Assembly: GCA_964016885.1 (NCBI GenBank)
Contig: OZ024757.1
Span: 6,696,001 to 6,760,000, forward strand
Length of the DNA: 64,000 nucleotides
Origin: Eledone cirrhosa
Taxonomy: Eukaryota
Reading direction: 5' to 3'
The stretch's first letter is position 1, and the number at the start of each line of letters is the position of its first letter. A program made the translations under genes and the position numbers. Positions 1 to 13,653 of the stretch are shown here, piece after piece. The notes beneath the pieces were generated by a model. It saw only the letters and a program-made list of their open reading frames with translations, was not told the DNA's origin and searched no databases.

Positions 1-849
1 GGACGGTGAAATATTACCATTTATATCAGCTCCATTGTTACAACTTAAACCTCATCTAATTTTATCTTTTATGGTGATTATTTCATATTAAGGTGGACGT
101 TAATGTTTGTAAATAACATAAGGTGTCTTATTTACCTTATAGTTGTTGTTTTATCACCTGTATTATTAAATATTGAAGGGGTTGTTCAACATTTTACAGG
201 ATAGGAAAATATTATTTTAATCAGAAATCAGTGAACATTTAGTTTTTACTAACTTTTCTTGACTTTATATTTGGTCTTGACAACTAAAGTACGTATTATT
301 TCCTTTTCCACCACAACACAAACATTGTGAACTTTTCTATCTGAAGTGAAATATCTTGTTTTATTACAACACTTACACACATATTTCTACACACATACAC
401 GTCTATTTCTCTCTCTCATACATACACACTGTATGTCTGTATATATATTAACCTTCTTTTGAAATTATGGATATTAATTCTCTTGTCACCTGAACTGTCC
501 CCAATAACAAGAACCTTAACTATAGAAGTCTTATTCGTCTGTTTTATGAGCTGAGGATTTTATTGTGAAGAGAGCTTCTCTCACTTTAACAAAAATAATA
601 GTGGAATACTCCACAATAATCACACACACACACATAAGCACTTGCCTTTTCTTCATCCAAGATCAGTCTTACGCTGACATATGTCTTATTACTTGTACCA
701 ACTAAATGCTACATTACAACTTTGTAGAAGAAGAAAGTGGACTTCTGCAGTCTTTTATGGACCCTTTGTATATTAGAATACATGGCATCTATTAACCATA
801 CCTACATATCTTAATGTATCAGCAAAAGTGGTCAGAATCCTTTATGTAA

Positions 850-2383
<1,534 letters not shown>

Positions 2384-2475
2384 ACCCCATCACTGTGAAA
2401 TGTGAAACACAAACAGACACACTCTGGAAGGAAGAATATAAAATGTGAAGCTTGAAAAATCCTTATCTTATACTT

Positions 2476-2921
2476 ATCATCATCACCGTTTTACGTCATG
2501 TGACCTCGTCTTGCTCGTACGGGAACTGATTTGGGCTTGATTTCTACAGCTTGATGTCCTTCTTAACACAAAACCTCATTTACTGTGTGTGCTAGGTGCT
2601 TTTTTTACCATGGTGCCTACACAGCCACTTTACTCTGGGGGCTGGGGGCTTTTTTGTTGACCACTTTGCAGTGGGTGGGGATGGGGACATATTTGTCTAT
2701 ATGCTTCAGCTTCGGCTTGTAGCCGTGTGAAGTCAGGTCTTCTGTATTACTGCATGATGCCAGAGGGCACCGTCCTGCGTCATCGCTTTTGAGAGGTGCA
2801 ATTGGGCAAGGTCAGCTTTTTCACCTCATCCCGGGTCTTCCTGGATCTCCCCACTCCGAGGCTTCCAGCGACATTTAGTGCTCTGCACCTTTTAATGCAG
2901 CTGTCATCCTTCATATGCATC
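2476..2921 (-). mobile_element. 5'-truncated RTE-clade LINE 3' fragment
   Basis: Reverse complement matches the end of the 4561-6906 RTE: MKDDSCI-like codons near 2890-2920 and the GACGT.AAACG.TGATGATG tail near 2476-2500. Confidence 0.7.
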
Positions 2922-3319
2922 TATATATATATATACTCTATCAAATGGAAGAAGTATACTGCCATATATTGAAGATTACTACAATATCTAGGGAGCGAAG
3001 GACAAGATATGCCAGACATTCCTACCAATGAATTGATGAGCTGGCTCCTGTGGTGGATACCTAAACATAGTAAGACCCTAGTGAGATGACTGAAAATGAC
3101 CTACATAGATCAGATGTCTAGGGATGTTCAGCTGGGGATTAATGATCTCAAGAATGCCACGAAATAATAATATATATTAATGAACATTTATTATGGTGAA
3201 ATATGTTGGAAATTATTCTCAGGTTTTGTATTGTAATCCACAAATACACCCTGTAGAATGTTCTACTTCATATTTGTCATTAAGGTTTCTTATAGAGACA
3301 CAATCTTATTTTATTGGTG

Positions 3320-3645
3320 ATGGTGGTGGATTGGCAGAATCAGTAGAGTGTCAGACGATATGCTTTGTGTCATATAGTTACATCCCTTTACGTTCTGTAT
3401 TAAAAACCTGCTGAGGTTAACTTTACTCTTCTTCCTCAGGTTCAGTAAAATAAAGTACCAGTAATGCACTGGGGTTGAGTTAAAAGTAGAAACATTTATT
3501 TAAAGTCTATAAAACAATGGATGGAATGCTTTCTGCCATATTTGTTCTGGTTCTCTGCTCTGAGTTTAAATCCTGCTGAGGTCAACTTTGCCTTTCATCC
3601 ATTCAAGGTTGATAACAAAAAGTACCAGTCTACCACTGGGGTCTG
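3320..3645 (+). mobile_element. Two adjacent SINE copies, probably tRNA-derived, with a Meta-domain-like core
   Basis: TTGGCAGAAT head and the core GAGGTCAACTTTGCCTTTCATCC...GATAA.AAAAGTACCAG...CTGGGG, which recurs at about 20745, 24355, 37115 and 42870 (minus). Family assignment is from memory. Confidence 0.6.
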
Positions 3646-4236
3646 TTCTTCCTCTCTATATTTCTTTCTCACTTCCTCTCTCTCATTCTTTCTCCTTCTC
3701 TGGAAGAAATCACCTGTTCTAACCTGGTGAGTGAAGGGCTCCACCAAGCTTCAAATGTCCACAGTGGCACCCCTATGACTCCATCAGTGCAAGAAAAACA
3801 AAACAAGATTGATGTGTTTATATGTGTTATTTTACAAACACTAACTGGTTTATATTTATATTTATGACAAAATATCCACATTTATGTGTAAATAAAAACA
3901 ATTTTATAACTTTAATATTTGTTGATGGTACTTTCATGACAGTTGAAATTATGACTTTTTTTTAGAAATAATTCACATTTGAAAATACTTTACAACTTTA
4001 TTCTCTTGCCAAACAAGGGTTTGGTAGGACCCTTCAGTTGTGTCAAAGACATAACAACCTCTTTAGTACTGGTGCCCCAGTAGAATGTGGGACCATATGT
4101 AAGAGAGATGTGGTCTACCACTGCACCCTGGTTTGTAAAGACCTGTCCCACCCTTGCTAGCAGGGAAAGTAGACATTAAATGATGATCTATGATGTCATT
4201 GGTGCCAAGTTGTTTCAGCTATTCCCTTGGACAACA

Positions 4237-7036
4237 TTATATATAATGTGTATGTCGTATATATATATAGTTTATATATTGTCTATATGTAGCATATACT
4301 CTATATATGCAGTATTTATATATAGTGAATATATTGTGTATATGTAGCCCGTACATATTATTTATATGTTTATGTATAGTGTATATATTGTGTATATGTA
4401 GCACATACTCTATATACATAGTATTTAAATGTAAATATATAGTGTATATATTGTGTATATGTAGCACATACACTATATACATAGTATTTATATGTATATA
4501 TATAATGTATATTTTGTGTATATGTAGCATGTACACTATATACATAGTATTTATATGTATCAATTCAGGCCAAAAAGCAGGCTTGGAAAGTATGGCGGGA
4601 TGGGGGAAGAAGAGAAGACTATCAAATGGCCAGGAGGGAAGCTAGGAGACAAGTGTACTTCGCAAGAAGGGAAGCAGAGGAAAGAAAGTTCAAGCATGTC
4701 CGACAACGCGAGGACCAAAAACGTGAGGTGTTCAGGATTGCGAGGCAATGTGTCAAGGAAAACCGTGATATTGTCGGGGAGAAGTGTGTACTTAATGATG
4801 ACGGCGTACTTGCCATCACCGACGCTGATAAGAAGGTAGCTTGGAAGTGTCACTATGAAAGGCTACTAAATGAGAATAAATGGGAGAAAGACAGTCTCCC
4901 TCACATCGACCCAATAGAGGGACCAGCAGTGTTAGTCGAGGGTAGTATAATAAGTAAAGCAATCAAAGATATGAAGACGGGTAAGGCGGCTGGGCCTTCG
5001 GAAATAGTTGCCGAGATGCTGAAGGCATCTGGTACGGTGGGACACACCATGGTCACCCGGATAGTTAACCAAGTCGTACAGAATGGGGTTGTTCCGAAGG
5101 ACTGGCGTAGCAGCATCATCGTTAACTGTTATAAGGGTAAAGGAGATGCCCTAGATAGGAGTAACTATAGAGGCATTAAATTAATCGACCAGGTCATGAA
5201 GGTCACGGAAAAAGTAATAGCGCAACTAATCAGAGAGAGAATTGATCTAGATGAAATGCAGTTCGGGTTTGTGTCAGGTAAAAGTACCACAGACGCTCTT
5301 TTCATTGTACGACAACTACAGGAGAAGTACCTAGCTAAAAGTAAACCCCTATACTTAGCTTTTGTCGAGTTGGAGAAAGCCTTCGACAGAGTCCCCCGTT
5401 ACATTATCTGGTGGGCTCTTAGAAAACTAGGTGTTGACGAATGGCTTGTGAGAGCTATACCAGCCATGTTAAAAGAAACAGTCAACAAGGTTAGAATTAA
5501 CAACGAATATAGTGAAGTGTTTAGCGTAAAAGTTGGCGTCCATCAGGGCTCTGTTCTCAGCCCCCTACTATTTATTATTGCCCTTCAGGCTATAACAGAG
5601 GAGTTCAAGACCGGTTGCCCATGGGAACTCCTATACGCAGATGACCTAACACTCATAGCTGAATCAATGGCCGAGCTAGAGAAGAAATTCCAAACATGGA
5701 AGCACGGCCTAGAATCAAAAGGCCTTAAAATTAACCTGGCTAAGACTAAAATTCTAGTTTGTAAGAAAGAAAATAAGGCGGCGGTCCCTTCCGGGAAGTG
5801 GCCGTGCTCAGTGTGTAGGAAAGGCGTAGGTAGAAACTCCATTTTGTGTCCCAAATGCAAAGTATGGGTGCATAAGTAGCAGCAAGTGCCCACAAAATAC
5901 TAGCTCTTTCAACTGCGCAGAGGGTTCTATAGAAATAGTGGACAGCTTCCGTTACCTGGGTGACAAAATCAGCAGTGGGGAGGGGGGGGGGTTGCTCTGA
6001 AAGTACAGTAGCTAGAGTCAGAACTGGATGGAAAAAGTTCAGACAGCTTATACCACTATTAGCCGCTAAAGGGTTCTCCCTAAAAATGAAGGGCAGGTTT
6101 ATGATGCCTGCATACGAACAGCAATGTTACATGGCAGTGAGACCTGGGCATTGTGTGCAGAGGATATACGCAGACTAGAGAGAAACGAAGCTTGCATGCT
6201 CCGCTGGATGTGTAATAGTAATATACGTGAACGGCAAAGCATAAACGAACTAAGGAAAAAATTAGAAATAAGAGGGATCAGATGTTGTTTACTCGAGAGA
6301 AGGCTACGTTGGTATGGTCACGTGATGCGCATGAAAGACGATAGCTGTATAACAAAGTGCAGGGCAATAAAGATAGACGGTAGCCACGGAATAGGCAGAC
6401 CCAGAAAGACCTGGGACGAGCTGATAAATTCCGACCTCACACACTTACACCTCACCAAGACAATGTCACTGGACCGAGATCTTTGGCGGTACTCAGTAAT
6501 AGAGAAGACCCGCCTTACCTAAATACAAAGTAAAACCTACTACAGTCAGTAGGCATCTCTAACAAAATACACCCCAGTCCCCCCACCCCCACCCCATCCA
6601 CACCGCCCCTTTCAATGTAAATTTATGTTGGTGCCACAACATCCAGGCCGAAACAAATGAGATCGTGTAGGTATCACGACAAAAAAAACACACAGTCCAC
6701 GCTGTAATGTGGCCGTGTAGGCAACACGGTAAAAACCTCCCAGCCCCACACTGTAAATGTGGTTGGTGTTAGGAAGGGCATCCACCTGTAGAAAACCTGC
6801 CAGGCAGTCCTATGCGAGCAAGATAATCACTCTTGCCTCAAGTGGGAAAACCCCCGTCCAAACCCATGCAAGCGTGGAATATGGACGTTAAACGTTGATG
6901 ATGATGTATATTTTGTGTATATGTAGCACGTACACTATATACATATTATTTATATGTATATATATAGTGTATATTTTTGTGTATATGTAGCACATACTAT
7001 ATACGTATGTATATATATAGTGTATATTTTGTGTAT
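4237..7036. repeat. TA-rich ~65-bp minisatellite split by the RTE insertion (4237-4560 and 6904-7036)
   Basis: Repeated GTATATTGTGTATATGTAGCACATAC(A/T)CTATATACATAGTATTTA on both sides of the LINE. Confidence 0.8.
4561..6906 (+). mobile_element. 5'-truncated RTE-clade non-LTR retrotransposon; RT domain present, 3' part frameshifted and deleted
   Basis: ORF 4626-5879 has RT motifs (NYRGIKL, QFGF, LEKAFDRV, GVHQGSVLSP, YADD). ORF 6124-6522 is the RTE C-terminus (GSETW, RLRWYGHV, GRPRKTW). The 3' UTR has ~50-bp repeats and a (GAT)n tail. Confidence 0.93.
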
Positions 7037-7545
7037 CATCATTACACTACTTTTCCATGCTTGCATGGGTTGGACCGGTCCTTCTTAGCACGACATCTCT
7101 CCACTAGATGCCTTCCAGTCTTCACAATTTGAGTTAAGCTCTCACAACATTTACTCCTGACTTTCTTGGTCATCCTCTCCTGCAGCTTCCTTCCACTAGG
7201 ATTTCCTCAGCTTGTCCAAGCTCTGTATTTCTCTCACATATACGTTGCAGATCTAACAAAACATGGCTGCTTCATTTTTCTCCAGTCTAATCGCATCATC
7301 TGCAGTCACAGCCCATGTTTCTCTAGCATGCAGTATTGTGCACTTCACACAGGCTTTATATACCCTTCCTTTTGTGTGTAGGGAGAAACCTTATGTTATC
7401 AGCAGTAGTAGTTCACTAAACTTCCATCCTATCCTTATTCAAGCCACTCTACTCTTGGCACACCCTCCTCTGCTGCTGATTAGGTCACCTAGATAGCAGA
7501 AGCTATCAACCACATCTACAGATCCTTCCTGTGACTGGAAACGGT
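7036..7545 (-). mobile_element. Degraded RTE 3' fragment
   Basis: Minus strand reads VDVVDSFCYLGDLISSRGGC, similar to the 5930-6000 region of the intact RTE; the 3' UTR motif CCCATGCAAGCATGGAA is also present. Confidence 0.7.
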
Positions 7546-7609
7546 GTATAACAGTAGCACTCTTCCTCTCAATTTCTGCTGTGCTGCCTAACCAACCACT
7601 TCCTCTCTG

Positions 7610-7765
7610 TCCCCACACTGCTGATTTCCTTCTCAAAATTAGAAAGACAAGAGCCCCCTTGAGGAAGGAGTCCCATGAGGTGGGGTGGATGTTGCAGTGG
7701 GTGTCTCTGGCTATTCTTTGTGGTAACACCTTTGTCACTTTATCTGTAGGGTGGGGCTGAATCAC
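7610..7765 (+). mobile_element. Short fragment of a CRE-like RLE retroelement C-terminus
   Basis: Alignable by eye to the reverse complement of 19955-20120 (EVGW.LQWVSLAIL.GN). Confidence 0.55.
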
Positions 7766-8020
7766 AGCTCAGACTGGAATATAGTGTCTGTCCCTCCCCC
7801 TCACCCATTGTTTTCGTTGCTAGATACGTTTTCGTTACTATATAAAATATAATTAGATTAATGAAAGTTATAATTAAGATAGCAGGTCGTTGACAATGTT
7901 TCCCTTTCCGGTTTTTGACCAGTGTCATACGTTAAAAGTCCCTAATATAATTTAAAATATAAATATATTGCCTGTACGTTTATAAACACACTCTCTCGTG
8001 TGTAATCGTTTCTTATATTA

Positions 8021-8029
<9 letters not shown>

Positions 8030-8053
<24 letters not shown>

Positions 8054-10860
8054 GAAATATTGTGTACAGTGCCCAGGTGCACTACAACTCATCAAAAGTG
8101 TATGTATAGTACATAGGGTAATGTACAAACGTCAGGAAAATGAACAGTGCATGAGTCATGCTACACGCATGTGTATGGAAGGGGTACATCAGGTGTAGTT
8201 TTGGCGTATTTCGGCAAGCATGAGTGTCTTAAAGGATGCAGTGTCTCGGCAGCTAACAACTGATGCAGGCAGTTTGTTCCATGGAGGTTTTAAAGGATGT
8301 AGTGTCTCGGCTGCTAACAACTGACGCTGGCAGTTTGTTCCATGCTTCAGCAACTCTGAGCGTGAAAAAATGTTTACGAACGTCATCGGAGCTGTGGTGT
8401 TTTCTGATTTTGTAGGCATGTCCACGTGTGTTAGACACATGGAGTTCAAAATGGTGCTCAGGGTTGTAATTGGCAAGATGGTTATTAACTTTGTGGGTAT
8501 TTACCAAGTCCATTCCCAAACGTCGGAGCTTCAATGAATCCATGGCCAGGGAAGCAAGGCGTCAGAGTATGGTAGGTGTCTGATGCAGAGTATGCGCTTG
8601 GTTGCATGTCTCTAAACAGTTTCCAGGAGGTCAATGTTCTGAGCAAGATAGGGGTTCCAGACTGATGATGCGAATTCCAAGTGTGGTCGTACCATAGCTG
8701 TATACAGTTTTAAATAGATGGCTGGAGAGCGGCTAACAAAGGTCTTGCTGAGTGATGCCAAGACACCCTCGGCCTTCTTGACAATTTTAGAGACATGCTT
8801 TGTCCAACGCAAATCGCTGCTGACAGTAATGCCCAGGTCACGTTCACAAGAAGACTTCTTGATATCAGTGTTGTGGAGGGAGTATGTGGACACTGGATTT
8901 TTCCTCCCAGAATGCATGGTGGTGCACTTGTCAACAGCCAGCTTCAGTTGCCAGTCTGTGATCCATTGCTGCATTGTGTCCAGGTCTGATTGTAGGAAAG
9001 AGTTGTAGATTTCAGGATCAGTCCTTTTGATTTCAAGGTACAGCTTGATGTCATCTACATATTTCAGTACCATGGCATTCTGTAAATTGGAATCTATGTC
9101 ATTAATATATGCCACAAACAAAAGGGGACCAAGAACAGATCCCTGTGGTACACCAGATGACATCTCATATGGTGAAGAATGCTGTCCTAGAACCGTGACT
9201 ACCTCTTTTCGGCTGAGAATGAAGGATTTCAACCAGTTGAAAAGATCATCCCTCACACCCATTGCAAAGAGTTTTGCTATAAGTCTTTTGTGTGGCACAG
9301 AATTAAAAGCCTTAGCAAAGTCAAGGTAAACAACCTCCACCCATGAGCCGCTGACAGTGATCCGGGTGATGTCTTCAAGGAACTTGATAAGCTGATCACA
9401 GCAGCTGGAGTTAGGGATAAATCCAAACTGTGAGGGCCGGATGAGGCTGTGAGAGCTCCAGAAGTTCCAAAGTGTTTCTCTGACACAGGATTCCATCAGC
9501 TTGGCCATACAGCTAGTAAGACTGACTGGACGATAGTTGACAGGTGACATGCGGTTGCCCTTTTTGAACAGGGGAATGACACTGGCAGTTTTCCACTGCT
9601 CCGAAGTAGCACCATTGTTGAGACAGTATTGAAAGAAGAACACCTTACTGTCAGGATTGGTTGCTATACACTGTTCAAATTCAAGCCCTGCCTTCTTTGT
9701 CACTTGCTTGAGATGGTAAGAAGATTTATTCCGCTTTTTTCTGTTGCATCTGATTTATGCAGTTTATATTCCCGTTCAGCGCTCCGACGTTCCTTCCTGG
9801 CAAGTTTCCCAAATTGCACTTTTGGGGTGTTTTTTTTTTTGCTTACGTGGCACCGATGCTGCACACGCTATCCATATTGAGTCCAGGATGCTCTGGAGTA
9901 TAGTGTTCACATCTCCAGAGTTATCCATCTCATGCCAGTTTGGGCGCTGTAGCTCAGTGCAGTACAAGTTCCAATCCGCCCTCTTCCAATCAAAGCAAGC
10001 AGATTGGAGATGGCTCTGGTTTTTGTTGGTGCCCTCAAGTGCCAGATTGGCAATGATCATAGCATGATCAGAGTCGCCTAGAGGTTCCTCAGTAGTACAA
10101 CTGATAACCACTTCAGGAGTAGTGGTGAAGATCAGGTCCAAAGTGTTGTCACCTCTTGTTGGAGAGGTGACTACTTGTGACCAGTTTGAGTCCAGCACTA
10201 GTTCAAGGAAATCGTTTGCACCCTGTGGCCAACGAAAGGTTTCCCAATCGATCTCAGGATGATTGAAGTCACCTGCAATAAACACATAAGTGGCTGTTTT
10301 CTTGGCAGCAACTCTGAGGATATCGCAAAGCTGTGTGTCCTGATGGTAGTTTGGGGGGCGATAAACAACACCAAGCAGAAGTGTTGACATGGTCATACGT
10401 ATGTCACAGAAAAAAACTTCTTCCTGTGATTCGTTCAAATCAACGCAAGGAATTACCGAAAAGTTTGAACGAACGTAGACCATCACACCACCACCACGGC
10501 GGTTAATGCGGTCCTTGCGGAAAAGGTTGTACCCAGTAATGGTGAAAACCCCATCACAGAGTAAGGAATGTGCCCATGTTTCCGTGACTGTGATGAAGTC
10601 AGGGTCGATGCTTCTGACGTAGGATTCGAACAGATGTATCTTGTTGCATAAACTGCGAGCATTTAAGGACAACAATTTGTACCCTGCTCGCAGTCTATGA
10701 TGGTGTGTAGAGGGTGGCAGGTTGTTCTGGTTTAGTTTCCCAGAGTTGTAGCAGTTTTTACATTGCCAGTTATTGTGGGTAGATCACACTCAGACCAGCT
10801 GGTATCTCTCTTCCACGTTTCACCCGCCTTGACAAACCTCCAGATCTGCCCATCATCACG
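8030..10860 (-). mobile_element. CR1-group LINE: APE endonuclease plus RT, with internal deletion and frameshifts
   Basis: ORF 9776-10675 is APE (LNARSL, VTETW, GVVYRPP, GDFN, LDLIF, SDH). ORF 8612-9703 is RT (YRPVSL, LDFAKAF, GVPQGSVLGP, YVDD). C-terminus has WNKLP, locally duplicated at about 8225-8340. (ATT)n tail at 8030-8053. Confidence 0.9.
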
Positions 10861-10885
10861 CAGACTGAAACTTTCATCTTGTGCT

Positions 10886-10949
10886 GTATATATATATATA
10901 TACACACGTGTGTGTGTATTTATGTATATATATATATATACACACACAC

Positions 10950-10989
<40 letters not shown>

Positions 10990-11104
10990 GTGTGTGTGTG
11001 TATATATATTTATATATATATACACACACGTGTGTGTATATATATATATATATATACACGTGTGTGTGTATTTATATATATATATATATACACACACACG
11101 TGTG

Positions 11105-11135
<31 letters not shown>

Positions 11136-11156
11136 GTGTGTGTATATATATATATC
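10886..11156. repeat. Compound (TA)n/(CA)n-CG-(TG)n microsatellite
   Basis: Alternating purine-pyrimidine tract with recurrent self-complementary CACACGTGTG cores. Confidence 0.9.
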
Positions 11157-11194
11157 TGTCTCTCTCCCTGTCTCTCACTCTCCCTCTATCCCCC

Positions 11195-11233
<39 letters not shown>

Positions 11234-11652
11234 CTCTCTAGTAGTAGAGAGAGACAAAGAGAGAGAGATATAAACGTATAACCCTAACCAAACCCTAACC
11301 CAACTCTAACCCAACCCTAACCCTAACCCCAACCCTAACCCTAACCTAACCCTAACCCATCTCTCTCTCTCTCTCTCACCCCCTCTCTCTCTCTCTAGTA
11401 GTAGAGAGAGAGACAAAGAGAGAGAGAGATATAAACGTATAACCCTAACCCAACCCTAACCTCTCTCTCTCTTCTCTCTCTCTCTCTCCCCTCTCTCTCT
11501 CTATTCCCCCCTCTCTATTCCCCCCCTCTCTCTCTCTAGTAGTAGAGAGAGAGACAGAGAGAGAGAGAGAGATATAAACGTATAACCCTAACCCAACCCT
11601 AACCCTAACCCAACCCCAACCCTAACCCATCTCTCTCTCTCTCTCTCTCTCT
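11157..11652. repeat. Three copies of a (CT)n-AGTAGTAG-(GA)n-TATAAACGTAT-(CCCTAA)n module; interstitial telomeric repeats
   Basis: CCCTAA runs at about 11281-11358, 11441-11461 and 11585-11628, each preceded by ATATAAACGTAT. Confidence 0.85.
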
Positions 11653-11654
11653 TT

Positions 11655-13622
11655 GTTTTTAACATTGTTTTGTTTTTCTTTTCTTTTCTTATTCAGATGA
11701 CAAACGGCAGAGGATACAACAGAAGAAAAGAACAAAGATAATTATTATTATTATTACTATTATTATTTGTTTTATTATAATCAAAATATGCTGTTAGTTA
11801 GATCTGCATTGTGTACATTTTATATAATTTATGCCAGTTCCTTTTCTGCATATCGAACATGGCCATTTCCCTGACGGAATAGAGTTTTGTCCTCTTTCGT
11901 GACACAAAGTACAGCCAGCGGCATCATTGCGGACAGACTTAATCCCGAATTGCACTGACACACTGCCTCGCAATACGGAACACCGCACGTCTTTGATCTT
12001 CTTCCCGTCGATCAGCCTCCTTGCCATGCTAAGTACACCTGACGTCTAGCTTCTCTATTAGCGGCGGCTGTATATTCTTCTCTACTCCCACTAATTTTCC
12101 AAGCATTCCATGCTAGCCTTTAGTCTCCAATGGCCCGATCTACCGTGCTGTCCCACCACCATGTCACTCTCTGTCTGGTTGGAACTCTGATCCAGCCACA
12201 AGTTTAATCAGTAGCCTGCAATAAGTTGTCACATAAGAAAATCGAGTTCTCATGTATGTCATACGACTGTGAATCGTCTTCTTTTTCGTCATACACATAT
12301 TGAAGGGCTTTCCTAAATTTCTATTTTAGTGAAATCTCTTTTAGCTTCCAGACCTTTCTTTTTTCCACATCTTCCTGTATGTCTCAATCATACCTGGAGC
12401 TGTCCAACATGACCATTGAAATCCCCTGCTAGCATAACGATGTCTCCGTCCTGTCATTGTGGCTGTTTGTAAAAATTGCTTGTAAATGAAGTCTTTCTTT
12501 TCTTTACCTAGCAGAAGCAATTAACACTAACCCAACCGTAACACTAACCCTAACACTAACTTATGCAGGCCTAGGTAAAGACAAGAAAGATAAAACAAGG
12601 AGTGATGCTTCTTGAATTTTGTGATGCAAGTGTTTTAACCATTTGCAAAACCAACTTCCACAAACCTGCCTCACTGCCGCCTAATAACCTACAAATCAGG
12701 CAAGCACAGAAGCCGGATTTCTCGGTAGTTAGGCAGCGAGACAGACAGATGGGGTGTGAAGTACCAGGGTGTGCCCCGGGGAGGAATGTTTCCCACAGCG
12801 TGGGTTGGTTGTTGGTGATGTCTCGGTTATCTTGAGACGGAGTGAGACGTGCAGGAATACTCTCACGGAATCGCCAAATGAGGTTTATTTTTCAACATAG
12901 TCCCTGGAATGAAACAATGTGGTTATTAAGAAGAATTGAAATTAATGTAAGATTTCACAGATCTATGATCAATCCTTCACAGTCAGCTTACAAAGTTTTC
13001 AGCCAAACCTTGTGTATTTCCAACATTTCAAACCCTATCTAGGACTACATTATCTAATGTACAGTACAGTAGTTAGTATTAGTGGCTATCAGACATAGTG
13101 TATCTAAATGCAACATTTTTAACATTGTTTTTTTTTTCTTTTCTTTTCTTATTCAGATGACAGACGGCAGAGGATACAATAGAAGAAAAGAACAATGATA
13201 ATTATTATTATTATTATTGTTGTTATTCCTTGAATCTCAGTCATTGATGTTGGTTAACTGGAAAGTCCGTTGGAATGAATATCAAGCCACTACCTGCAGC
13301 CTCAGATATTCAGGACGTATCGGAGGGTTCTTGCTGTTCCAAGCAAGCATGCCTTTTGAAGCGTTCCAAAAAGCGTGAAGGGGCCGATTTTCTTTAACCA
13401 TCCCTGGAAACTTTTGGAGATGGACAAAAAACTGGAACACAATAGACCTGACCTGGTGGTTGTGGACAAAGAAAAAAGATTGTGTCTGATTGTGGATGTG
13501 GCCTGCCCGTTCAACACGAGAGTGCAAGAGAAGGAGAGGGAGAAAATTAACCGATACCAGGACCTAAAGTGGGAGGTGAAAAGGATTTGGAACTGCCATG
13601 AAGTCAAAGTGATCCCGATTGA

Positions 13623-13653
<31 letters not shown>

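Noticed and set aside
10732-11281. YIYI/HTHT-rich ORFs (also 4237-4645, 42528-42945, 43033-43354)
   Set aside because: Translations of microsatellite and low-complexity DNA.
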